DNA of 64,000 bases from Malacoraja senta (taxonomy: Eukaryota), in assembly GCA_038087875.1 (NCBI GenBank), contig JAXLNO010003982.1, positions 1 through 64,000 of the forward strand, read 5' to 3'. Below the pieces are notes generated by a model. That model was not told the DNA's origin. It made no database searches and saw nothing but the letters and a program-made list of their open reading frames with translations. The position numbers were made by a program, and so were the translations under genes. Shown here piece after piece: positions 36,259 to 49,194 of this stretch (position 1 is the first letter of the stretch; the number at the start of each line of letters is the position of its first letter).

Positions 36259-37499
36259 AGGTACTGAATAAAAAAGTTGGGATGTTCTGCTACAGTTGTA
36301 CAAGATGTTGGTGAGGTCACATTTGGAGTAATGTGTTAAGTTTTGGTCACTCCACTATCGGAAGGATGTCATTAACAGGGCCTGTGATTCAGGGAGAGGA
36401 TGAGAATGCTTGGACTTTAGTCCTTGGCACGCAAGAGGCTGAGGGGTGATCTTATAGAAGTTTATAAAATCAAGGAGCATAGATAGATTGAATGCACGGA
36501 ATCTTTTAACCAGCCTTGTGTAATCAAGAACCAGAGGACTTAGGTTTAAGGTGAGAAGGAAACGAGTTACTCGGAAGAACATTCCAGCGGAAGGAGTTGA
36601 GGCAGGTATTAAAAAACATTTAGAACACACTTGGACAGGTACATACTGTAGATAGGAAAGGTTCAGTGAGATATGGGTCAATTGCAGGTAAATTGTAGTT
36701 TAAACATGGCATCTTGGTTGACATGGCCAAGTTGAGGTGGCCATTTCCATGCCGTATGACTCTATGGCTCCGTGGGCTTGAAAAGCCAATTCTTTTCCGT
36801 TTCACTGCTACATGATAGTTAATCACCCTCACTAATAGTGACCACAATGGCAGACCCATGACCACGACTGGTTTACAGTGATAATAAGCTAACCATTGCC
36901 TCAGTTCAAATATGCATGTCGTTGATGTTCAATGACTAAATTGTTGCTGCATTCTTAGTTTTGGCAAGGTTCTGATCTGGGTGCTGGAGCTGTTGGACAT
37001 CTTGATACCATGAAAGCAGAACCTCCGTTTCAGGAAATATACTTGCTGAATGGTGCCTCAGACCAGAAATGCCAGGGAACATTGTATTTTGAAGAGGAAA
37101 TATTACACAACCAAGGCCAAGTGCTCGAGAAAGCTGCACGTCTGTTATTTCAATGAAAACTCTGCTCTTCATCCATCTTGTCATTTTGATCACCCAGTTT
37201 AGTTTATAATATTGTATAACATTTGCAATCAATTCTCACAGTTTATGACATTTACAGCTGGTGTGAAGATGCATCAGTAAATACCTTCTGTCTTCCAATT
37301 TAGTTTATTTAATAGAAAGATAGAAACATAAAAAAATAGGTGCAGGAATAGGCTATTCGGCCCTTTGAGCCAGCACCGCCATTCAATACAATCATGGCTG
37401 ATCATCCAAAATTAATACTCCGATCTGGCTGTTTCCCCATATCCCTTGAATCCCTTAGCCCTAAGAGCTAAATCTAACTCTCTCTTGAAAACAGTGATA

Positions 37500-39400
37500 C
37501 AGTGTGTAAACAGGCCATTTGTGCCACCAAATCCATACTAACCAGCAATCACCCATTCATAATAGATTTCCCATCCACCCCCTACACTATCAGGGTGACT
37601 TACCGAGGATGATTACCTGCACACCTGCTCATCTTTGGGATATGGGAGGAAACCGGAGCTCCCTGAGGAAGCCCACATAGTCACAAGGAGAACATGCAAA
37701 CTCCACGTAGACAGTACCCGAGGTCCAGATTGAACCTGGGTCTCTGGCGTTGTGAGGCAGCAGTTCTACCAGCTGCACTACCATGCTGCATTACGTACAA
37801 ACTCTAAATCCTACACTGACTTTCCCTCCACTTGTTATATTCAACACAATAACTCCTTTACACAGGAGGAAAGTGAACTGCAATTCATCACCAGAATATA
37901 TCTTACAACAGTGTGATCACAGGCAAGAAATCAGTGATATAGATGACTTTGAATTTACACTAAAACCCTGATCATCCAGCTCTCTTGGGATTTGGGAAAT
38001 GGTAGATTTTAAGGACTGCTGCATGTTACTCCAAACATACTTTAATTCAACTAATTTAAGCACTTGTTGAGCAAGTCAGTGGTTGAGGTGCATCTGTACA
38101 CTACTATCAGACTTAAGCGGAGGAATACCCATTGTAATTTGCCTGAAGAGTCTCGAACCAGATTGTCACCTATCCATGGTCTCCAGGGATGTTGCCTGAC
38201 CTGCTGAGTTACTCTAGCACTGTCCCTCACAGTCTTTCCCAATCTTATAAATCAAAAATAGTCAACATCTTTCTACATCATAAAGAGTCATGGAAATATG
38301 CAGCATACAAACATGGCCTTTGTCCCACTGACCTGCACCAACCATTCATGTACACTAATCCTATATTTGTCCCACATTCTCATCAGCTCTCCCCACATTG
38401 TATCATGCACAATCTAGGGGACAACTAACCTACCAAACCATGTTTTGGGGATGTGGGAGGAAACCAGAGCACCTGGGGAAACCCACATGGTCACAGGAAC
38501 AACATGCAAACTCTACAGATACAACAGCCGATGTCGGTATTTAATTCAGGTCTCTGGCTCTGTGCTGCCCTGTTTCACATTGTAGTCCACCTGTCATGTT
38601 GTTGCTCATTCATTCGACTTTCCACATTGAACCATTTCTCCCACTACTCACATTCCCACTTAATTTTGAGTCATAGAAACATAGAGTCTTCCAGCAACAG
38701 CGGCCTTGGTGGCAGCTACTGAGTGCAGCAGTAGAGTTGCTGCCTTACAGCGCTTGCAGCACCGGAGACCCGGGTTCGATCCCGACTACTGATGCTGTCT
38801 GTACAGAGTTTGTACGTTCTCCCCATGACCGCGTGTGTTTTCTCCGAGATCTAAGGTTTCCTCCCACACTCCAAAGACGTACAGGTATGTAGGTTAATTG
38901 GCATGGTGTGTGTGTATAGGGTAGTGTTAATGTGCGGGGATCGCTGGTCAGCGCAGACTCGATGGGCCTAAGGACCTATTTCGTCACTGTATCTCTAAAT
39001 TAAACTAAACAAAACTAGTAAATGTTAAACTGCAACCAATCTGCCTCGTAGCTGACTTGGATCATGAACAGTGCGAGCCCCCAACAGAGCAGCACAGTGT
39101 CACAACTCGTAGAGCTGCTGCCTCACAGCGACACAGACCCGGGTTCAATTTTGACCTTGAGTGCCATCTATGTGGAGTTTGCATGTTCTCCGTGTAACCG
39201 CATTGGATCCCTCCAGGGGCTCCGGTTTCCTCACACATCCTAAGATGTGTCAGTTTATAGTTTAATTGGCCACTGTAAATTGCCCCTAGTGGGTGGGTGA
39301 CTGGATGAGAAGGTGCAATGAGATAGAATTCATGAGAACAGGTGGTTGGTGGTTGGCATGGACACGGTGGGCCAAAAGGACTGCTTCCATGCTGTACTTT
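37500..39400. mobile_element. Cluster of V-SINEs (about 37500-37790 minus, 38330-38600 minus, 38700-39010 plus, 39090-39400 plus)
   Basis: Repeated GACCCGGGTTC(G/A)AT boxes, CTCCGGTTTCCTCCCACA cores and (TAAAC)n tails. Confidence 0.75.
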
Positions 39401-39651
39401 TTAATGACTCATTGATATTTCTAGGATTTGGGGCAGTGAATCCATAATGTTTAACTTTTTTTTACACTGAATTCACAATTTTTAAATATCTGATTATCAG
39501 AAACATTTAACAACAGCACAAAGGCTAGTTGACAGTGGTGACTGTCGAGGCATTTCAGGTGTAGCTGCTGCCTTATCCTACTTGAGATCGATCATTTCTT
39601 CAAGCCCAATACCTTTACTAGCAACAGTGCATCACAATTTTTCCATCTTAC

Positions 39652-39759
39652 CTCTCCTCTTTTTTCTCCACCAAACAATTACTGCCAAGACAATAGCCAG
39701 CAATATCAGCACACACACGGCAATAAGGCCTATGTGCCTGTCTTTCTTCCTATTTCCTT
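39652..39759 (-). CDS. Connecting peptide, transmembrane and basic stop-transfer exon of an MHC class I-like gene
   Basis: Splice sites ttatttttcag|AA ... AGAG|gtaag, phase 1 at both ends. Encodes (E)GNRKKDRHIGLIAVCVLILLAIVLAVIVWWRKKRR, in frame with the alpha3 exon. Confidence 0.88.
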
Positions 39760-42446
39760 CTGAAAAATAAGAATGCATAATTTTACAAATCAATTGTTAA
39801 GCTGTGCAGCTAAATAGATGGGCACTGTCTGAAGACTTCAGGGTGAAGAAGGGTCTCGACCCGAAATGCCACCTATTCCTTTTCTCCAGAGATGTTACCT
39901 GACCGCTGAGTTACTCCAGCATTTTGTGTCTATATTTGGCGCTTTTCAAGGTATATAAGATGATATGGTGTTTTGAATCACGGAGTTCTGCAGCATGGCA
40001 AAGGGACAATATATGTTCTGTACAACTATGATATATGGCACCATCACAGCCACAACTTAATTCATGAAAGAAGGTGAATTGAAAGCAGAAAGCTTTAACC
40101 CTATATAAACTAACATTTGTTTTGGGGAAAATGCTGGATTCCTTTCAATAATGGCAGAACATTTAAGTAATAACAAAACAATAAAGTGCATTATCAGGGC
40201 ATTATCAGGAAAATTGTAGAAAGAAAGAGATGCAGATACTGATTTACACAAAAGCTTTAGTTTAGTTTATTGTCACATGTATTGAGGTACAGTGAAAAGC
40301 TTTTGTTTCATGCTAACCAGTCAGTGGAAAGAATATACATAATAGACACAAAATGCTGGAGTAACTCAGCGGAACAGGCAGCATCTCTGGCGAACATGGA
40401 TTCATCACCTATTCCTTTTCTCCAGAGATGCTGGCTGACCAGCTGAGTTATTCCAGCAATTTGTGTCCATCTTTGGTGTAAACCAGCATTTGCAGTTTCT
40501 TCTTACACATGGACAGGTGACGTTTCGTTTTGGGACCCTTCTTCAAACTTTGTTTGAGAAATTGATTAGAACTCTTTGAAAATGCAACAGGAACCCGTAG
40601 ACAATGTATATTCGAGCAGCAGGTGTGAAAAGCCTAAAATTCATAAACAAAATGATGGAAAAGCAGAATAGGTAACAAAATTGGAATGAGAAACAAAAGA
40701 AATACAATATATTGTAGAGATCCAAACGTCGTGAACAAATCAATGTTTTTTTAAAGAAATACAGTTTTGGCCCACTCGTGTTTAGTAAGGACTTGAGCAA
40801 AGTTCCTGCCGTTGTTATCGGGCACACCAGTTGACTGGCGATTAACTCATCACCAACTCCCACCAAAACCCTGTCACTCACGTGATAGTCCCAGCTCCCC
40901 TGACGAGGGTTCTAGCAATAAGTGGCCTGACCACCAGATGTCGCCACAATATCTGGATTTTCATAAGATATCTGATCAAGTGATGCAAAGGCACATGGCT
41001 TATGACATTGGGGGTAATAATTAGCATGAATGGAAAAACAATTAAGAGCAAGCAGAGAGTTGTCTTAAAGGAGTGTTCTGGTTGGGAAACTGCAACTGCA
41101 GGTTGGGAATCAATGCAAGAAAGTGAACTACTTATCGTTGGTATTAAGAGCAGATGAAGGGACTGGTGGCGCTGTAGCCTAGATTGCTGATGATACATAG
41201 ATAGGTTGGAAATTAAGTTCTGGGGTATGTCAACAGTCTTCAGAGTGAAACATCAGATTCCTTAGTTGTGCATTGTTCGAGGGAATCTTCAAAAGTGAGC
41301 ATTTGTGTAGGTTAGTGCAGCATACTTGGAATCAAACTTCTACGATCGCTGTTTGTCAGGCAGTTATATTTTTCGTTGCTGAATCTGTAACTTGCGTCAT
41401 GGAACTTACTTCATTAGGTTTAGTTTTATTAACGCCAGATGTTTCAAAATATGAGCAAAGTTTGTTTTGTATGCTATCCAAACAAATTATAAAACTATAC
41501 ATAAATACAAACTCAAAAACAATAGATAGAGCAAAGAGGAGGATACAGAGTACAGAATATAGTTCTCAGCATTGTAACACATCAGTTCCATGGACAATGT
41601 TCAATGTTCAATGAGGTTGAGGTGAATCGGGCATTAAACCTACATTATGGAAGGACCCTTCCGAAGCCTGTTAACAGGTGGAAAGGGGGTGTTCCTGAGT
41701 CTGGCAGTGCATATTTTCAACTTTCTGTACCTAATGCCTGATGGGAGCAAGAAGGAGGAAGGTTGGGATAAGTCTCGTTTTCCAAGGCAACCTAGTGTAG
41801 ATTGAGCCAATAGTGGGAAGTCTGGCCTGTGTGATGATCTTTAACTCTTTGTATATTCTTGCAGTCTTGGGCAGTGCAGTTCCCAAATCAAGATGTGATG
41901 CAACCCAACAACATGCTTTCTCTAGCGGCATCTATAGATGTTTGCTGGAGTCACCAGAGACATGATGAATATTCTCAGTCTCCTGAGGAAGTAGAGGTGT
42001 CGGTGTGCCTCCTTGGCTATGTGGTCAGTCCTTTACAGAATATTGGATAAATTCATGCCAAGGAACATGAAGCTCTCAATCATTTCCACTTCGGACCATT
42101 GATTCAGATTGGGGCATGTACTCCCCCAGTGCCTTGCTGTTAATCACATCATGAGGAAAGATTCATTTTTTATTTAAACATACCTTTCATAGATTTCAGT
42201 TCCACCACTGAGAATCTCAAATACTCCTTCCTTATATATTAGTTATTTATTTACTTTTGATAAATGTTCTGTTGACAAAGTCTTCTGCTCATGCGGAGAG
42301 TGGGTGCTGATTACGTGATTACTTAGAGCAACACCACTAAACAAAGAAAGTTTAAGCATCTTGGAATATGGGATGTATTCATGATGATTAAAATGGAAAC
42401 AACAGAAGATAATGATTATCTATGAAAGAATATTTAACGTTCTTAC

Positions 42447-42713
42447 CCCAGATGATGGTCTTCCCACCGGGCAGGCTGCTGTGATCGACATGACAGGAAT
42501 ACTGTTTCCCATCATACGGATCATACTCAAGGACAGACCTTAGATGATATGTTCCATCGTTGTTGGGTATGACCCCAGAAGATTTGGTCTCAGAGACATG
42601 TTGACCATTCTGCAACCAGCTGACATTGATGGCCGGTGGGTAAAATCCAAACACAGTGCAGTACAGGACTGAATGATCATCAGGGCGGGCAGCGAGAGTG
42701 ACCTCAGGGGAAA
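42447..42713 (-). CDS. Ig C1-set exon (MHC class I alpha3-like)
   Basis: Splice sites cttgtag|TT ... TGGG|gtaag, 267 bp, phase 1/1. Encodes SPEVTLAARPDDHSVLYCTVFGFYPPAINVSWLQNGQHVSETKSSGVIPNNDGTYHLRSVLEYDPYDGKQYSCHVDHSSLPGGKTIIW with canonical C, W, C, GFYP, PNxDGTY and YSCxVxHxSL. Confidence 0.92.
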
Positions 42714-44348
42714 CTACAAGACAGTAAGATGGTTATTTTCATCTTCAGTAAAACTTGCACAGTCACCCACCACAAAATATTCTTCAGTCCACTACAACAA
42801 CCAAGTTACTGTCCACATCTGCCCCATTTTGCCTCTTTCGGCACCATCAACCAACCACGTGGTTTAAAAGGGATCGCACGCTCCCTGTTAAGACAGTACA
42901 CAAGAAAGTTTGAAAGTACGTACCATTAAATTCAGGAACAGCTACTTCCCCACTGTTATTGGACTACTGAATGGTTCTCATGTAAGATAAGATGTTGCCC
43001 TGATCTTCCAACCAATCTCATTGTGATCCTTGCAACTCTTTTTGATCTGCACTTTCTCTGTAACTGTAATGCTATGATATTGTAACCCGATATTCTGCAC
43101 TCTGAGAATTTTTCTCTTTGCACTGTTCTACTTGTGGATGGCTTGATTGCACATGTGTAGTATGATCTGATTGGATAACACACAGACAAACTTTTGACTA
43201 TATCACAGTTCATGTGACAATAATAAACTAATACCATCGGCAAATCTTTTCACTAGGGCATATTATTGACAATAATAAATAATTGACAAGTTACGAAATG
43301 AGGGTCAATTGGGGAGGGGACAAGCTTAAAATTGGCAGTATTTTCACTCCTCTTCAATAAGAGATAAAAGAGACCAGTCATTTGTTTACAAAATCTCTTT
43401 TTGCAGAGTGTGGTCATTCTCTGGCGCCAGAGATTTGTGAAGACAAAATCATTGGAAGCATTTAATGTGGCGTTAGTTAACTTAATTAAACTTAAATTGG
43501 AGAACTGAGTGCAATGAGGAACTGATATCGAACAGGAGTTGATGCCTGAGGAACGTCAGCCATGGTCATATTGAATGGTGGGCAGGTTAGAGGACCAAAT
43601 GGCTTACTCGGAAACTTGATAACCGAGGAGAAAATCAGGCTTCTGAATGATCGTTCCATAAGCTAGGGTACTGTCCAATTGACCACTACCCCATTAAAGA
43701 CAGTGGACTTTGTTTATAGAACTATGTAGGGAGGAACTGTAGATGCTGGTTTAAACCGCAGATAGACACAAAATGCTAGAGTAACTCAACGGGTCAGGCA
43801 GCATCTCTGGAGAGAAGGAATGTGTCACGTTTCGTGTCGAAACACTTATCTAATGGAACTGCTGTGCTACATTGCTGAGAACTACATGCCACACTCTGTA
43901 CCTTCCCCTTTGCTCTACCTACAGTACTTGAGTTTGATGATCATATATATGTATTTTGTTACCTCATCCAATTGGATAGCATGCAAAACAAAGCTTTACA
44001 CTCTACCTCAGTACATGGGCAGCACAGTGGCGCAGAGGGAAAGTTGCTGCCTTACAGTACCACAGACCAAAGTTCAATCCTGACAATGGGTGCTGTCTAT
44101 ATAGAGTTCATACATTCTCCCTGTGACCATGTGAGTTATCTCCGGGTGCTACAGTTCCGTCACATTCAAAGACGTGCAGGTTTGTAAGTTTTTTGGCTTC
44201 TGTAAATTGTCCCTAGTGTGTAGGATAGAACTAATATTTGGGTGGTCGTTAGTCAGCACAGGTTCAGTGGGCCAAAAGGCCTATTTTCATGCTGTACCTC
44301 GAAACTAAACGTGACAATAATAAACCGAAACTTATCCCTGTGCCTATC

Positions 44349-44530
44349 TGTAGATTAGTGTCACTCATACTGTGGCTCCGCCCACAGGCTTATTAGACAG
44401 CTCTCTCTCTCTCTGGTAGACTGGTAGTAAGCATGCTGAGAAGAAAGCACCTTGTGTTTCCTCTGCAGAGTTACTAATAAAAGACTATGGATTCTAACCA
44501 CTATGTGTGAGTTTGATCATTCTTCCAACA
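44349..44530 (+). mobile_element. Solo LTR (182 bp)
   Basis: TGTAGA...CCAACA ends, exact 5-bp TSD CTATC, internal AATAAAA. Confidence 0.82.
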
Positions 44531-45339
44531 CTATCTCTTGTGTTGTTACGTCTCTGGAACTAAGTGGTAGCTGCGCTTAACTGCTGTAGCATAACTGTTT
44601 AAGCTGAACAATTCATGAAAAAAGTCTAAAAAGGATAAAAAAACAAGTGATTCCAGCATGTTGAAAGATAATTGGGACTGATACGTAATGGGTGGCACTG
44701 CGACACAGTTCCAGTGACGAGGGTTTGATCACAATCTTGAAACAGAAAAACTTAAACTGAGGCAGGCGCCTCTACTTCATCAATCCAGTGCTGTTATGAC
44801 ACTGGGCCTTAACATGAGAAAATGTGAAATTGGGTATTTCCTTAGGGCAAAATCAGACTTCTCAGAGACTTGGAAGCTGCAAGATAGTCCTGGAATGTGG
44901 TGGATCTCTGCGTGCTGTTCCAGAAGAGGACGAATTGTACTTATGTACAGTATGACTTGACTGGGGAGAATGCAGAACAACCATTTCACTGCAGACAGAC
45001 ACAAAAAGCTGGAGTAACTCAGCGGGACAGGCAGCATCTCTGGAGAGAAGGGACGGGGTGTCCAGCATCTGCTGTTCCATCCAAACCATTTCACTGCATC
45101 TCTGCATGCATGAAACTAAACAGAGTTATATAAAATGCAGCACATACTGCAGTACTCAAGTAGGTCAGGCTGTCCTGATTTTGCAGGTGGATAACTTTAC
45201 TGTAATTTAAAAAAAACACAAAAATGTGCAGGTGTAACTCAGTGGCTCAGGCAGCATCTGGAAGACATGGTTACGTAATGTTTCAGCTTGGTGTCCTTCT
45301 TCATACTTCTTGCATCTGTTCTTTCTGACTTCAACTTAA

Positions 45340-45852
45340 CAGTTGAAAAGGACCGTCGTGAGCCCCACCACGGGGCGTGGACTTACCATCGGAGCGGATC
45401 CCTTGCCTGGGATCGCTCCCAACGCGGCCTGCGAACTTACCATCAAGGGCTCCCAGTCTCGGGAGAGGCTAGTCGGGAGCTCCAACGCCACAGAAGGTTC
45501 GTCCAGCCCCGACGCGAGGTTCGATCGCCCGGTGCAGGGGAGCTGACAATCCCCCCGATGCGGGAGCTGATCACCTCGACGCGGAGGGCCCGAAAGCCGC
45601 CGGCTACGGGACTCAAGACCGTCCGTTCAACGGGGGGCTCGAGGCCCCCGACCAAGGAAGAACAACAAGGGAAGGACTTGGAACTTTATTTTCGCCTTCC
45701 ATCACAGTGAGGAATGTGTAGGAGTCACTATGATGGATGTTTATGTCAAAATGTGTTTTTGAGTCTGTTGCTTTTTTAAATTGTATGACTGACCTGGCCA
45801 GTGAATTTTACTACACCAATTGGTGTATGTAACAATAAATGAACATGAACTT
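45340..45852 (+). mobile_element. GC-rich non-tRNA retroposon copy
   Basis: GGACTTACCATC and CGCCTTCCATCACAGTGAGGA motifs, AATAAA and a (TGAAC)n tail. Confidence 0.7.
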
Positions 45853-47429
45853 ATGAAATGACCAGTTCTTTTATCGACAGGGAATACAACTTGTTGAACG
45901 TGGAATTGAGTGTGAAAGGCTGCAACATGTCAAGGTAGAAGCTGAGTTGTTGGTCCTCAAGGTTACTTTCACCCTTGTTATCCTAGTGTAAGAGGTACAG
46001 ATGGATGGATCATGGTGGGTGTTGAATGGAGAATTAAAGTGGCACGAATTAGGAATCTTAGAAAGTCCCATGGATTGAATGCGGGTTCTCCAGAACGCAG
46101 CCACTCAATTTGTTTCATTGATGCGATGTGGAAGATTACGTCATGAAAACCAAATGCAGTAGATTTGACTGGAAGTGCAAGTGTTTCACGCTGTTTCACT
46201 TTGAAGAACTGCCTGGGTCTATGGACAGTAGGAAGGGAAGAGGTAAATGGATAGATGTTGCATGCACCAAGACAGGAAAGTAGAGGAAAGTTGTGGGGAT
46301 AGTAGACAGACCAGGGAGCGAAAAAGGGAATGACTACTTCAAGATATAGAATGGGGATCAGGGCAGGAGGGGGGGGAGAAATGGATTGACTAATTGAATC
46401 AGATTTAAACTGGGAGTAAGTATTCAACATGGAGGCTGGAGGAGTGAAAAACTCTGCCCTGTCCAATGAGAATATATAGAACATAGAACAGTACAAGAAC
46501 AGGACTTTCAGCCTGCAATGTCCATGTCGAACAGGATACCAAGTTAAACTAAGGCAACACAGTGGCACAGTGATAGAATGGCTGTCTTACAGCATTAGAG
46601 ACCCGGGTTCGATCCTGACTAGAGTGCTGTCTGGACGGAGTTTGTACGTTCTCTCTGTCACCCTGTGGGTTTTCTCTGGGGGCTACGGTTTCCTCCCAAA
46701 TACAAAAGACGTGCAGGTTTGTAGGTTAATTGGCTTCTGTAAATTGTCCCTAGCTTGTAGGACAAAAATAGTGAATGGGCAATTGCTGGTCAGTGCAGAC
46801 TCAGTGGCCCAAAGATCCTGTTTCCATACTCTATCTCTAAACTAAACCAAAACTGATTTCCACTGCCTGCATGTGATCCATATCCTTGTATTCGCTGCAC
46901 ATTCACAAGCCTGTCCAAAACCTTCTTAAGCACCATTATCATGTCCTCCTCTACCACCACTCCTGGTAGCGCATTCTAGGTATCAAGCTCTCTCTGTGCA
47001 AAAAAACACTTGACCTGCACAACTCGTGTAAATTTTGCCCTTCGAAGCTTAATGCTGTGCTCTTTTGAGATGTGTGATAGACATGCAATCCCATTAGGGG
47101 CTGTCAACTGTGGTCAAGAAAATCCATGGTTAACTAATATGAAAGACATCAATTACACTTTCTCCCTGTCAAACAGGGATGTAATGCTGAGGTTCTATAA
47201 GGCGCCGGTCAGGCCACATTTGGAGCATTGTGAGCAATTTTGGGCACCATATCTGAGGAAGGATGTGCTGGCTCTGGAGAGTGTCCAGAGGAGGTGTCCA
47301 AGAATGATCCCAGGAATGAATGGGTTAACATATAATGACCATTTGATGGCAGTGGGCCTGTACTCGCTGGAGTTTAGAAGAATAAGGGGGGACCTCATTG
47401 AGTCATACAAAATAGTGAAAGACTGTTTG

Positions 47430-48850
47430 CCTTTTGAAATTGGTTCGATTATGTTTGCTCCCACAAAATTGCATTAAAAAACCTATAGTGAAAATTCTAT
47501 AATATATAGTGGTATACGAATTTGGAAACAATTAAAAAAGACTTTAAAATTGGATAATTTATCACTCTGTCTCCCCATTATAAACAACCCTTTATTCAAA
47601 CCCTCCATGTTGGATAAAGGCTTTACACAATGGAAAAATTAAGGAATTAAAAAGATGGGACATCTTTATAGGAAAGGCACTTTTCTTTAATTTCAGGGGT
47701 TACAACAGATTTACGGACCACACTCAAATAACTTTTTCAGATATTTACAAATTAGAGATTACATTAAATCAAATACACAAGATTACAGAACTAGGGAACC
47801 AGAAATCCTTGATGAATGTTTGAATAAACATCCTAATAACATCAACAGGGGGCGCCGTCGAATATGGCTGCCCCGCCAGCAGCTGTTAGTTTTTTCACTC
47901 TTTTTTTTATTTTTAGTTAGTTGAGAGTGTTGGTTGGAGATCTTTTAGTCTTTTTATGTGGGGGGGGGGGTAGGGGGAAGGGGGAAACTATTCTTCTCAG
48001 TCCCTACCTGGTCGGAGATGCGGCTTTTCTCCGAGCCGTATCTTCGCCCCTTCCTCGCGGCCTACGGGCAGGCTGGAGCGGCGTTTTCCTGCCGGGACCG
48101 GCCAGGACTTCAGCTTCGGCGGCGGCACAGCGCTGAAGCACCATCGCGGAGCGGGCGATGCCTAACCCGGGTCGCCGTGCAGTAAGCTCCGGAGTGCTGT
48201 GACGGCCAGCACTAACATCGCAGAGCTGCGGTCTGCGGTCAGTGGAGCTTCCAGCGGCGCTGAGCTTGGAACACCGCGGAGCCTGGGATCTGACGACGAG
48301 GTCGACAGAGTCGGGGCATCGACCAGCGCGGCTCGTGGACTTCGGGAGCCGCGGTCTACTGGGAGGAGGCAGCCGCTCCAGACACTCCGGGCCGCTGAGA
48401 GTGTTCACCCGACGCCGGAGCTTCATCATCCGGCGAGAGGGCCTGAGGCATCGGGCTGCCGTAGCGGCGACTGCAGAGGCCTCAATAGGCCCCGACTATG
48501 GGTGAACTGGGGATGGGACTGGACTTTGCTGCCTTCCCCCACAGTGGGAACCATTGTGGGGGGATGTTTTTATGTTTACTGTTAAATTCTTTGTTGTAAT
48601 CTTTATTTGTGTGCTGCATGGCAAGTCAAATTCCTATCAACTCAGTTGACATGGCAATAAACTTCTTGAATCTTGAATCTTGAATCTTAATACAGAAAAA
48701 TTAATATCTCATATTTATAATACCCTCTTAGATAGTGAGGTCCCGCCGACGGATTTATATAGACACACATGGGAAAATGAATTAGGCCAACCCATAACGA
48801 AAGATATTTGGGACGAAAGTCTACAATATATACATCAATGCTCGTTAAAT
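47430..48850 (+). mobile_element. L1-B-family ORF2 3' fragment interrupted by a retroposon
   Basis: DCLPFEIGS..NNPLFKPS.LDKGFTQWK..NKHPN|TEKLISHIY..QCSLNARH closely matches the L1-B C-terminal region. Confidence 0.85.
47839..48687 (+). mobile_element. Apparently complete (about 850 bp) GC-rich non-coding retroposon
   Basis: 5-bp TSD TAATA within the L1 fragment. 5' end ACATCAACAGGGGGCGCCGTCGAATATGGCTGCC, 3' AATAAA and (CTTGAAT)n. Confidence 0.8.
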
Positions 48851-49045
48851 GCCAGACATGCCTGTTTGCTGGCATGCGTCTTCCACCCATGGAAGACTTG
48901 ACCCAGGATGGCCATTCAAGACGATGTTGAAGACGTTGATGGAAGACGCATGTGTAGAGACAAAAGAGGAGCTTGCCAGCTGCATGGAGGACAGAGATGT
49001 GTGGTGCGTCCGTCACCGTGCCCGTTGGAAACCAGCACGGCACTA
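48850..49045 (+). mobile_element. RTE-type LINE 3' end
   Basis: HGRLDPGWP.KT..KTLMED....EELASCMEDRDVW resembles RTE ORF2 C-termini. Confidence 0.6.
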
Positions 49046-49194
49046 ATGTTTTCAACGATTATTATTATCATCCACTACACCGCCTCTGTCCTGGGGATTT
49101 ATCCACATTTCTCTTCAAGTGATCCAACATCTCCTTCTTACTTAACTTCAAAGTGTCCCTGCATGTTAGCATTCTCCACATTGATTCTCCATGT

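Noticed and set aside
42447-42713. Assignment as MHC class II beta2/alpha2, beta-2-microglobulin or Ig constant domain
   Set aside because: It has PNxDGTY rather than NGDW, is followed by a TM exon without class II glycines, and has no adjacent tandem constant exons. A W-category beta chain is not fully excluded without phylogeny.
44780-45107. Possible alpha2 exon upstream of alpha3
   Set aside because: No alpha2 motifs (Cys pair, YDGxD, CxxWL) in any frame; part of the ORF is Penelope-derived repeat.
45871-46104. VKVTLRTNNSASTLTC resembling the start of another Ig C1 domain
   Set aside because: No Trp or second-Cys pattern follows. Another frame gives EDQQLSFYLDMLQP, a decayed Penelope EEQHLIFRLGTLQP tail.
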